The notes below the pieces were generated by a model. The model saw only the letters and a list, made by a program, of their open reading frames with translations, ran no database searches and was not told the DNA's origin. From IMG/VR virus record IMGVR_UViG_3300045988_156465: a stretch of 64,000 nucleotides of DNA; one strand, given 5' to 3'. Below, in pieces: positions 25,338 through 33,318 of the stretch (the stretch's first letter is position 1; each line of letters begins with the position of its first letter). The position numbers and the translations under genes were made by a program. This stretch comes from a virus.

Positions 25338-26024
25338 GTGTGTTTTGTGCTGACAAAAGAGGAAACGAAGAAAATCCTGCGTATCATGTATAACTGTTTT
25401 CAGAATTTCAGACCAAAGAATATCGAAGAAACAACGGAGGTTTGGGGAATGATGCTTTCAGATTATACATATCAGCAGATTTCGGTTGCGTTGAAATCCT
25501 ATATCCTGTCCGATACAAGCGGATTTGCACCGACAATCGGGCAGTTGGTTGATATGGTTCATTCCGTTAGCAAACCGCAGGAATTGAACGAAATGGAGGC
25601 GTGGTCGTTAGTCAGTATGGCGATTAGAAACAGCGGATACCGATATACCGAGGAATTTTTGAAACTTCCTGCAATTATTCAACGTGCAATCGGAACGCCA
25701 GAACAGCTACACATTTGGGCTACGGATGAAGATTATAACGAGACAGTAGTTATGAGTAATTTTCAGCGGTCATACCGGCTTGTGCTGATGCAGAAAGACG
25801 AAAGCGCAAAGCTGCCAACAGAAGTGCGGAATTTGCTTTCTAATAATGAAAATCCTGCCAGAATAGAAATGCAGGATAGGATTAAGCAGCTTTCTAATGC
25901 GTTTGACGAAAAGAGCAAACTGCTGATTGAAGGCAAGGAGAAGAAGGAAAGAGTAGTGGATGATTCTGTTATGGACACCGTTCATGCAGAATTAGAGAAA
26001 ATAAAGGCAATGAGTATCAGATAA
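25338..26024 (+). CDS. replicative helicase loader/inhibitor-like protein (G40P-loader type)
   Basis: The call rests on its position after the organizer and on W..ML.DYTYQQISVALKSYILSDTSGFAPTIGQL. GTG start; the exact start is uncertain. Confidence 0.55.
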   Translation: MCFVLTKEETKKILRIMYNCFQNFRPKNIEETTEVWGMMLSDYTYQQISVALKSYILSDTSGFAPTIGQLVDMVHSVSKPQELNEMEAWSLVSMAIRNSGYRYTEEFLKLPAIIQRAIGTPEQLHIWATDEDYNETVVMSNFQRSYRLVLMQKDESAKLPTEVRNLLSNNENPARIEMQDRIKQLSNAFDEKSKLLIEGKEKKERVVDDSVMDTVHAELEKIKAMSIR

Positions 26025-26046
26025 AAACCAGAACGGAGGAAGATTT

Positions 26047-26484
26047 ATGAAAACGCCAATCGTAAAATCTGATGAAGGAAAACCGCAACTTAACCTTGTG
26101 CCGTTGGAACTTTTAGAACCATTGGCAAGGGTTCGTGAATTTGCTGTTGAGAAATACGGTCTTGAAGGTATCGAATCATGGCGCAATATTTCCGATGATA
26201 GATTGTTAGCTGCTCTGCTGCGGCATACGATTACTTACCAAAAAGACCATGACGCGCGTGACGAGGAAAGCGGATTGCCTGCTGCGTATCATGTAGCTAT
26301 CAACGGTGCATTTCTTGCCATCAAGGCTATGGAGAGAATGAAAGAAAGATGTGGATACCAAGTCAAAGAAGTCAAAGAAATTAGCTTTTACGAAAATCTG
26401 CCGCCGGAAGCGCAGAAAAGGGTGGACAAATTTCTTTCTGTGGCTTGCGAAGGTGGCGTAAAAGATGAATCTGAATCAGATTGA
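26047..26484 (+). CDS. dATP/dGTP diphosphohydrolase-like (DUF5664-like) protein
   Basis: SDEGKPQLNLVPLELLEPLARVREFAVEKYG...WRN...LLAALLRH...DEESGLPAAYHVAINGAFL. The pattern was recalled from that family, not searched. Confidence 0.55.
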   Translation: MKTPIVKSDEGKPQLNLVPLELLEPLARVREFAVEKYGLEGIESWRNISDDRLLAALLRHTITYQKDHDARDEESGLPAAYHVAINGAFLAIKAMERMKERCGYQVKEVKEISFYENLPPEAQKRVDKFLSVACEGGVKDESESD

Positions 26485-26827
26485 AAAGAAAAAACGGTAT
26501 CAGAAGCAAAAAAGAATCATTGAAGAAGCAAAGACAGAGGCTATCGAGAATATGCAGAAAGTCATAAATAATGGCTTAGACTCTCAAATGGAACTGGTTA
26601 TGCTGTTGGTTCTGCATGATAAATTTGGTTTCGGTCCGGAGCGGTGCGCAAAGGCATTGGTTGCTTTTGAACAGTTATGGGCTGATGTTGGGGATAAGCA
26701 CCTTTGTCTTGATGATATTGAGGAAGTGGTAAAGGCTGAAATTGGAATCGAAATGACTGAGGATACTATTTTTCAGACCGACAAGAAAGGGAATAAGAAA
26801 TTGCTTTGGTCTAACGAGAATACATAA
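26465..26827 (+). CDS. hypothetical protein
   Basis: 120-aa ORF overlapping the upstream stop. Confidence 0.5.
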   Translation: MNLNQIEKKKRYQKQKRIIEEAKTEAIENMQKVINNGLDSQMELVMLLVLHDKFGFGPERCAKALVAFEQLWADVGDKHLCLDDIEEVVKAEIGIEMTEDTIFQTDKKGNKKLLWSNENT

Positions 26828-26842
26828 AGGGGGTACTCTTAA

Positions 26843-27244
26843 TTGGCTTTGCGAGATTTGACAAAGCCAGAATTGCGAAAAATTATAGAGAACGCCAATT
26901 TTACCGAGGATGAGATGATGGTATTTCAACTGTCCAGTAACGGTTCCCCTATTGATTATATAGCGGACACGATGAAAATATCATCATCTACGGTGAATCG
27001 CATTTTGAGGAAGATTTATAAGAAAATAGAAAGGATTGAGGATATGTCGAAACCAGAAGTGCCGATTTGGCAGAAAGTTACAATGACGATTGATGAAGCG
27101 TCCGCCTATAGCAATATCGGAACGGCAACGCTCAGAAAACTTGCGAATAACCCAAGATGCACTTTTGCTCTTACAAACGGGAACAGAAAGCTCATTAAGC
27201 GAAAGGAATTCGACAAGTTTATTGAAAATACTGTTGAGATATAG
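26843..27244 (+). CDS. sigma-70 region-4-like HTH (Tn916 orf7-like) read in frame with an excisionase domain
   Basis: TTG start. N-terminal half FTEDEMMVFQLSSNGSPIDYIADTMKISSSTVNRILRKIYKKI. The C-terminal half is the Xis-like domain (next feature), with no stop between them. Confidence 0.6.
   Translation: MALRDLTKPELRKIIENANFTEDEMMVFQLSSNGSPIDYIADTMKISSSTVNRILRKIYKKIERIEDMSKPEVPIWQKVTMTIDEASAYSNIGTATLRKLANNPRCTFALTNGNRKLIKRKEFDKFIENTVEI
27044..27244 (+). CDS. Tn916-type excisionase (possible internal start)
   Basis: This is the xis candidate. MSKPEVPIWQKVTMTIDEASAYSNIGTATLRKLANNP..NGNRKLIKRKEFDKFIE parallels Tn916 Xis (..IPIWERYTLTIEEASKYF..NGNRIQIKRKQFEKII, from memory). 66 aa, against 67 aa in Tn916. 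Confidence 0.65.
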   Translation: MSKPEVPIWQKVTMTIDEASAYSNIGTATLRKLANNPRCTFALTNGNRKLIKRKEFDKFIENTVEI

Positions 27245-27314
27245 ACAGAAATTAGCCCCGTATGGTAGTATGAAGCTGTATGGGGCTTTTCTCAAAATGA
27301 AAGGGTGTGTAACG

Positions 27315-28442
27315 ATGGGAAAAGACCTTAGAGGTAAAGAATTAGGCGTTGGTATCAGCCAACGGAAAGACGGAATGTATACAGGACGTTTTACAACAAA
27401 ATCTGGAAAACGAAAACAGAAATACTTTCATAAGTTGCAGGAGTGCAGGGCATGGATGGCAGATGCGCAGTTTGAGGATGAACATGGTGATGTGTTCTTT
27501 TCTGACTCTCCAACAGTCGATGCGTGGTTTGACTACTGGATAAATGAAGTAAAGGGAGATAGCATAAGAATTATAACAGAAAGAAACTACAGAAGTATGT
27601 GGAGCTTTTCTATTTCTCCAATTATTGGGAATATGGAATTAAAAGACGTAAAGCCGATTCATTGTCAGAAAGTACTAAATATGATGAATGAAGGGCATAA
27701 GACATCTACCATTAAGGTGCATAGAGATTTAATGTGGAGTGTTTTTGAATGTGCTGTCGAAAATTATTTAATAGAAAGAAATCCTGTAAGAAGGAATGTG
27801 AAAGCAACTGGTGGTAAAAAAACAGAAGCGCGAGAAGCACTAACTGTTGATGAGCAAAAAACTTTCTTAAAAGAATCAGAAAAATCATCATTTTATAATG
27901 GATATGCGTTTGTGCTGCAAACCGGGATTCGGGTTGGAGAATTGATTGCGTTAAAGTGGTCTGATGTAGATTTTAAAAATCGAAAAATAAAAATACAGAG
28001 AAGTGCATCGGAGGTCGCGAAACAAGGGTTTGTAATCGGAGAACCAAAGACAAAAAGCGGGCATCGGGAGATACCGCTTACAAAAGAAGCTGTCAATATT
28101 TTATATAGTCAAAAAGAGAAGAATTCTCAAAACAAAATTATTCCAATCCAGTATGCAGATTATATTTTTCTGAACAAAAACGGAAATCTAATTCAAAAGT
28201 CAGCGTATAATCAAGGAATATATGCTATTTGCAATAGATTGGGAATGAGAAAGTTCTCAATTCACTTGCTAAGGCACACATTCGCTACGAGATGTATAGA
28301 AAGTGGTATGCGCCCTAAAACGCTGCAAGCAATCCTAGGTCATAGCAAAATTGAAATGACGATGAATTTGTATGTTCATGTAACGGATGAATCCAAACTG
28401 GAGGAAATCGAAGCAATAGAAAAAAACTTAAAATTGGTGTAG
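27315..28442 (+). CDS. tyrosine recombinase, Tn916 Int family
   Basis: This is the E1 int gene. The N-terminal arm-binding motif GISQRKDGMYTGRF matches Tn916 GESQRKDGRYLYKY. The catalytic region reads HLLRHTFATRCIESG...LGHSKIEMTMNLYVH. Confidence 0.9.
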   Translation: MGKDLRGKELGVGISQRKDGMYTGRFTTKSGKRKQKYFHKLQECRAWMADAQFEDEHGDVFFSDSPTVDAWFDYWINEVKGDSIRIITERNYRSMWSFSISPIIGNMELKDVKPIHCQKVLNMMNEGHKTSTIKVHRDLMWSVFECAVENYLIERNPVRRNVKATGGKKTEAREALTVDEQKTFLKESEKSSFYNGYAFVLQTGIRVGELIALKWSDVDFKNRKIKIQRSASEVAKQGFVIGEPKTKSGHREIPLTKEAVNILYSQKEKNSQNKIIPIQYADYIFLNKNGNLIQKSAYNQGIYAICNRLGMRKFSIHLLRHTFATRCIESGMRPKTLQAILGHSKIEMTMNLYVHVTDESKLEEIEAIEKNLKLV

Positions 28443-28454
28443 AAATTGGTGTAG
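28431..28454 (+). repeat. 12-bp tandem duplication AAATTGGTGTAG x2 spanning the integrase stop codon
   Basis: Copy 1 (28431-28442) encodes K-L-V-stop. Copy 2 (28443-28454) is identical. Confidence 0.9.
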
Positions 28455-28592
28455 AAATAAAAAATACATATAGAACACCTTGTTTTATCAATGTTTTTAA
28501 TAAGTATATACATTTTGGGAATAAAGTGATATGATAGCTTGATGGATTGAAGAATGTCAGAAAATTTCCTTAAAGGATAAGGAGGATACAGC

Positions 28593-29951
28593 ATGAAGGT
28601 TGTAATCGTAGGGGACGGTAAGGTCGGCGGCACTATCGCCAGACAGCTCTCCGGTGAAGGACATGACATCATTGTAATTGATAATAATACAAGTGTTCTG
28701 AATAATGCTTCCAATACGATGGATATTATGAGTGTGGAGGGGAACGGTGCAAGCATGCTTGTCCAGAAAAGAGCAGGTGTGCCTGAGGCAGATTTGCTGA
28801 TTGCGGCAACCTCCGCGGATGAGGTAAATATGCTTGCCTGCCTGCTGGGGAAAAAGCTAGGCGTGCCGCATACGATTGCCCGTGTGCGTAACCCCGAATA
28901 TTATGAGCAGATTAACGAATTGAAGGAAGAGCTTGGGCTGAGCATGACGGTAAACCCCGAATTTGCGGCGGCAACGGAAATCCTGCGTCTTTTGCGCTTC
29001 CCCTCTGCTTTGAAAATCGAGGTGTTTGCGAGAGGGCGTGTGGAACTGGTAGAGGTCAAGATTCCGCCCCACAGTGTGCTGGATGGGATGCCTCTATGGG
29101 CGATTTATAAGGAGTTTCAGGTAAAGGTTCTGATCTGCGCGGTGCAGAGAGCAGGAGAGGTGCATATCCCCAACGGTAACTTTGTATTGCAGGCAGGGGA
29201 TAAAATCAACCTGACCGCATCACATAGTGAGATTGAAAAATTCTTCCGTACCATCGGTCTGTTCCGTACGGGGGTAAAATCGGTCATGATTCTGGGCGGC
29301 GGCAGAATGGCGTATTATCTGGCAAAGGCACTGATTCTTTCTCATGTGCGCGTAAAGATTATCGAACTGGATTATAAGCGTTGTGAATATCTATGTGAGG
29401 CGCTGCCGGAAGCGGTTGTGATTCACGGAGATGGGACGGATAAGGAAACTCTGCAGGAGGAGGGTCTGGAAAAGACGGATGCTCTGGTCTGCCTGACGGG
29501 GATGGATGAGGAAAATATCGTAGTTGCGCTTTATGCCAAGGCGAAAAAGGTTTCCAAGGTGATTGCGAAAATCAACCGTATTTCCTTTGATGAAATTCTG
29601 GATGCGCTGGATATTGATGGCTTTATTTCGCCGAAGATGATTGCGGCAAATAATATTGTCCGTTATGTGCGCGCGATGCAGAATTCCGCAGGGAGCAGTA
29701 ACGTAGAAACGCTGCATAAGCTGGTAAATGAGCAAATTGAAGCATTGGAGTTCAAGGTAAGAGAAAAATCCAGCGTAGTGGGTGTGCCGCTCAAGGATTT
29801 GAAGACGAAAAGCGAGGTTCTGGTGGCAACGATTATCCGCAACGGCAGAGTTATTATTCCGGGCGGTAATGACATGATTGAGGTGGATGACAGCGTGATT
29901 ATTATTACCAGAAATAAGCATTTGACGGACTTGAAGGATATTTTGAAATAA
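28593..29951 (+). CDS. Trk-type K+ uptake regulatory subunit TrkA (two RCK/NAD-binding units)
   Basis: This is trkA. MKVVIVGDGKVGGTIARQL and a second MILGGGRMAYYLAKAL Rossmann motif. 452 aa with AAGGAGG RBS. Confidence 0.9.
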   Translation: MKVVIVGDGKVGGTIARQLSGEGHDIIVIDNNTSVLNNASNTMDIMSVEGNGASMLVQKRAGVPEADLLIAATSADEVNMLACLLGKKLGVPHTIARVRNPEYYEQINELKEELGLSMTVNPEFAAATEILRLLRFPSALKIEVFARGRVELVEVKIPPHSVLDGMPLWAIYKEFQVKVLICAVQRAGEVHIPNGNFVLQAGDKINLTASHSEIEKFFRTIGLFRTGVKSVMILGGGRMAYYLAKALILSHVRVKIIELDYKRCEYLCEALPEAVVIHGDGTDKETLQEEGLEKTDALVCLTGMDEENIVVALYAKAKKVSKVIAKINRISFDEILDALDIDGFISPKMIAANNIVRYVRAMQNSAGSSNVETLHKLVNEQIEALEFKVREKSSVVGVPLKDLKTKSEVLVATIIRNGRVIIPGGNDMIEVDDSVIIITRNKHLTDLKDILK

Positions 29952-29975
29952 TAAATTGAAATTTGGTGAAGGGTT

Positions 29976-31427
29976 ATGAATTTTAATATGATTGCCTATA
30001 TTCTGGGCAATATCATACGAATAGAGGCTGCCCTGCTTGCAGTGCCTGCCTTTGTTTCTATATGGTATCAGGAGGTAAAGGCGGCATCGGCATTTGTCGC
30101 AACCATTATCGCCTGCCTGATGGTAGGGACGGTTCTGGTCAGCCGTGAGCCGGAAAATAAGCGGATTTATGGGCGAGAGGGCTTCGTTGTGGTTGCACTT
30201 TCGTGGATTGTGATGTCCGTTCTGGGGGCACTGCCGTTTTATCTGAGCGGCTCTATTTCGGGCTATGTAAATTGCTTTTTTGAAACGGTATCCGGCTTTA
30301 CCACAACGGGCGCAAGCATTTTGCAGGAGATTGAAACTCTGCCGAAAAGTATTCAGTTCTGGCGTTGCTTTACGCATTGGATTGGCGGTATGGGGATTCT
30401 GGTATTTATGCTTGCAATTATGCCCCTTGGGGACGAGCGCACGATGTATCTGATGAAGGCGGAGGCACCCGGACCTCTGGTTTCCAAGCTGGTGCCAAAG
30501 GTAAAATCGACAGCAAAAATCCTGTATACGATTTATATTGTACTGACACTGGTGGAGATGATTTTGCTGTTTGCAGGTGGAATGCCCTTTTTTGACAGCG
30601 TGGTGCATGCCCTTTCGACAGCGGGGACAGGCGGCTTTTCTGTAAAAAATAGCAGCATTGCGGAATACAATAGTGCGTATTTTGAATATGTCATTACGGC
30701 ATTTATGCTGCTGTTCGGGGTGAACTTCAACCTGTTCTATTTGATGCTGATGAAGGATTTTAAGAATGTGTGGAAAAATGAGGAGCTGCGCTGCTATATC
30801 GCCATTGTCTGCATTGCGACAGCGTTGATTACCATAGATATTTCTCGGTATTATTCGACAGTGGAGGGTGCCTTCCGCCATGCGATTTTTCAGGTGGCGG
30901 CAATTATGAGTACAACGGGTTTCGTAACGGCAAACTTCGACCTCTGGCCTGAGTTTTCCAAGACGCTTCTGTATTGCCTGCTAATTCTTGGGGCATGCGG
31001 CGGTTCAACTGCGGGCGGTATTAAGGTTTCGCGTTTTGTAATCCTTCTGAAAATGATTAGGCGGGAGATCAGCCATATTGTGCACCCGCGCTCTGTTAAC
31101 CTGATTAAACTGGACGGCTATAAGGTGGATGAGGATTCTATTCGCAGCGTGACAGGGTTTATTATTCTGTATGTGCTCATTTTGCTGGGGTCGTTCATGC
31201 TGGTTTCGCTGGATAATTTCGACTTTATTACGAATGTGACTGCGGTTACAACATGCCTGAGTAATGTCGGACCGGGACTTGCTATGGCAGGGCCTGTTGA
31301 AAACCTTTCCTTCTTCTCCGGCTTCGTAAAGATTGTGCTTTGCTTGGATATGCTGCTGGGGAGACTGGAAATTTTCCCGATTATTATGCTTTTCGCTCCA
31401 TCCATCTGGAGAAAGAGCTACATGTAA
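29976..31427 (+). CDS. TrkH/KtrB-family K+ transporter membrane subunit
   Basis: This is trkH. 483 aa and polytopic. Pore-loop-like motifs ETVSGFTTTGAS, STAGTGGFS, MSTTGFVT and CGGSTAGGIKVSR. Confidence 0.9.
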   Translation: MNFNMIAYILGNIIRIEAALLAVPAFVSIWYQEVKAASAFVATIIACLMVGTVLVSREPENKRIYGREGFVVVALSWIVMSVLGALPFYLSGSISGYVNCFFETVSGFTTTGASILQEIETLPKSIQFWRCFTHWIGGMGILVFMLAIMPLGDERTMYLMKAEAPGPLVSKLVPKVKSTAKILYTIYIVLTLVEMILLFAGGMPFFDSVVHALSTAGTGGFSVKNSSIAEYNSAYFEYVITAFMLLFGVNFNLFYLMLMKDFKNVWKNEELRCYIAIVCIATALITIDISRYYSTVEGAFRHAIFQVAAIMSTTGFVTANFDLWPEFSKTLLYCLLILGACGGSTAGGIKVSRFVILLKMIRREISHIVHPRSVNLIKLDGYKVDEDSIRSVTGFIILYVLILLGSFMLVSLDNFDFITNVTAVTTCLSNVGPGLAMAGPVENLSFFSGFVKIVLCLDMLLGRLEIFPIIMLFAPSIWRKSYM

Positions 31428-31569
31428 CAACGCAGAGCCAAGCATCTGCAAAAAAAGAACAGCTTACATGCTTGCATGATAGGCTGTTCTTTTTATTGCA
31501 GATATTTGGCGAGCGCCACAACGAAAAAATACGAAGTATTTTTGAGATGGGCTCTGCGTTGTTGCATGT
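31420..31569. repeat. inverted duplication of the trkH 3' end flanking its terminator
   Basis: ACATGTAACAACGCAGAGCC (31420-31439, containing the trkH stop) pairs with GGCTCTGCGTTGTTGCATGT (31550-31569). 19 of 20 positions are complementary, and similarity extends about 12 nt further with an indel. Confidence 0.85.
31456..31497 (+). terminator. trkH intrinsic terminator
   Basis: AGAACAGC-19 nt loop-GCTGTTCT followed by TTTTATT. Confidence 0.75.
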
Positions 31570-31594
31570 GGGTGCCCTGATTTCGATTTTACAG

Positions 31595-31623
31595 AAAAAG
31601 CAGCCTGTTTGGGCTGCTTTTTC
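31595..31623. terminator. bidirectional intrinsic terminator
   Basis: AAAAAGCAGCC TGTTTG GGCTGCTTTTT, with an A5 run on one side and a T5 run on the other. Confidence 0.75.
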
Positions 31624-31933
31624 TGTAAAGGGGAGGGTATATTACTATGATAAACCAAATATAGGTAGTTGTCTGTTTTTTTCTTTCAATATTTTTCTTC
31701 CAATAGGGGAAGGGGTGCCTGCAGCCTTTCGGGGAAGGGGACTGCAGGCGGAAGTAAAAGGGGGCGTCCTTTCGACTTCTTTTGTAGTATACTGTAAAAA
31801 TATGGACAAAGTGTGAATAGAAACTTAAGGCTTTGTTAAAATATGCGAATGTTTTCTTTATTGTGTTATCAGCGTTTCTGCGGTGTTGGGTTGATGTTTT
31901 TGGAGATTTGCCACCCATTTGCCACCGTAAATT

Positions 31934-33175
31934 TCATTTGGGTGGCAAGCCATTTACAACGCTTTCAAATAAATCCGCTGCGGTCTGTGCCATTTCGTCT
32001 GTGTGGTGAACGTAGGTATTCATTGTGGTTACAATGTTTTTGTGCCCGAGCCGCTGTTGAACTGCCTTCACGTTGGCACCTGCCTCAATCAGCTTTGTGG
32101 CATGGGTATGACGCAGGCTGTGATAATCAAAATTGATTCCAAGCTCCTGCCGGATGACTCTCTGGCAATAGGCAAAGCTGTTTTTGGTTGTCAGCTCTCC
32201 GTTTTCATCAACGCAGATAAAATTGATTCGCCGCGCGTCTGTGGAAAGGATTTTTTGTGTGCCGACAATTCGCTGTCGAGGCGCTCCTTTTTCGTCCGTA
32301 AAATCGACAAGCTGATATACTGTGTAGAATTCGCCATATTTCAGTTCGTTTTTAAGCTGTCGGTTTTTCTCTGCCTTGAGGATTCGGTAAAGGGATTCCC
32401 CGAATTTTATTTTCCGCTTGGAGTTGTACTTTGGTTCTTTGAGGGAGAACCCCAGATTGCCGTTGATGTTCCTGCGGATAAGCTGACGCTCTACAGACAA
32501 CGTGCAGTTTTCAAAATCAACATCGTCCCATGTGAGGGCAAAGCACTCATTGATACGCAGCCCACAGTTCCAGCCAATCATAAGCGGAATATAGTAGCGA
32601 GAACCAACGGGAAAGCGTTTCCGGATGCGGTCAAATTCTGCATCCGTCAGCACGATGCGCTCTCTGACCGGCTTTGCGACAGTACCTATCTTTACAAACC
32701 GACAGGGATTCTCTCGGATATACTGCAAGGGCTGAACAGCATAATCTATCGCAGTAGAAAGGACAACAAAGATAGAGCGTATGGTCGCTTTGGAATAGCC
32801 CTGCGCCTTTAGCTGGTTTATGTATTCCTGAATGGCTGCCGCCTGTAGGCTTTTTAAATAATACGCACCGAACTGCGGTTTCAGGTGCCTGTGGATCAGC
32901 GTTGCGTAGGTCTGCTGCGTATTTTCTGTGAGATTCATTTTGCAATATTGCTCATACCAGAAATCCAGATAATCACTGACGCTGATGGTGGAAGGCTGAA
33001 AGACTTGTCCGGAGTTTTCATATTCCGCGATAGCCTTTGCCAGAGCCGTTTCCGCTTCCTTTTTGGTACGGAATCCGCCCTTTTCGATTTTCTTTCTTTT
33101 GCCGCCGACCTGAGCGGTATCAAAATAATATGACCATGTTTTACCACGTTTTCGTGTTCCGCCTTTCATAAGCAT
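31934..33175 (-). CDS. tyrosine integrase (phage type, AP2-like N-terminal arm-binding domain)
   Basis: This is the E2 int gene. KRGKTWSYYFDTAQVGGKRKKIEKGGFRTKKEAETALAK, then HSLRHTHATKLIEAGANVKAVQQRLGHKNIVTTMNTYVH. Confidence 0.9.
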   Translation of the reverse strand: MLMKGGTRKRGKTWSYYFDTAQVGGKRKKIEKGGFRTKKEAETALAKAIAEYENSGQVFQPSTISVSDYLDFWYEQYCKMNLTENTQQTYATLIHRHLKPQFGAYYLKSLQAAAIQEYINQLKAQGYSKATIRSIFVVLSTAIDYAVQPLQYIRENPCRFVKIGTVAKPVRERIVLTDAEFDRIRKRFPVGSRYYIPLMIGWNCGLRINECFALTWDDVDFENCTLSVERQLIRRNINGNLGFSLKEPKYNSKRKIKFGESLYRILKAEKNRQLKNELKYGEFYTVYQLVDFTDEKGAPRQRIVGTQKILSTDARRINFICVDENGELTTKNSFAYCQRVIRQELGINFDYHSLRHTHATKLIEAGANVKAVQQRLGHKNIVTTMNTYVHHTDEMAQTAADLFESVVNGLPPK

Positions 33176-33318
33176 TCCTCCTTAATTGAAAAATAGGTAT
33201 AGAAAATAAGGCGGTATCGTGGTATAATCCTATTGCGAGTAGGTGGTTATACAAATACCGCCTGAAATCCTCTTTCTCTGCGCCAACAGGGAAGGGGGAT
33301 TTTTTTATTTAGTGGGGC

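Larger units (their letters stand above)
303..28560. mobile_element. Integrated phage-like element E1: regulators, antirepressors, recombination/replication modules, methyltransferases, Tn916-type xis/int. No virion or lysis genes in the window.
   Basis: Gene content is listed below. The right end is bounded by the integrase stop (28442) and the chromosomal trkA start (28593). The left limit is unresolved and may extend past the tRNAs and the window edge. Confidence 0.7.

Noticed and set aside
27090-27314. N-terminal extension of the integrase ORF back to 27090 (450 aa in the track).
   Set aside because: The extension overlaps the xis-like gene in another frame and lacks an RBS. The conserved Tn916-type N-terminus begins at the ATG at 27315.
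28443-28592. c-di-AMP (ydaO/kimA-type) or other riboswitch upstream of trkA.
   Set aside because: The leader is only about 60-70 nt after the likely promoter, it is AT-rich, and it lacks the conserved GC-rich helices of that riboswitch class.
29391-30881. 496-aa minus-strand ORF across the trkA/trkH junction.
   Set aside because: It is antisense to two well-supported genes and spans their intergenic gap. Its composition (His/Arg/Asn/Cys-rich) is non-protein-like.
31340-31816. 158-aa plus-strand ORF starting inside trkH and running through the intergenic region.
   Set aside because: It crosses two intrinsic terminators and the inverted duplication. Its similarity to the opposite-strand ORF merely reflects the inverted repeat.
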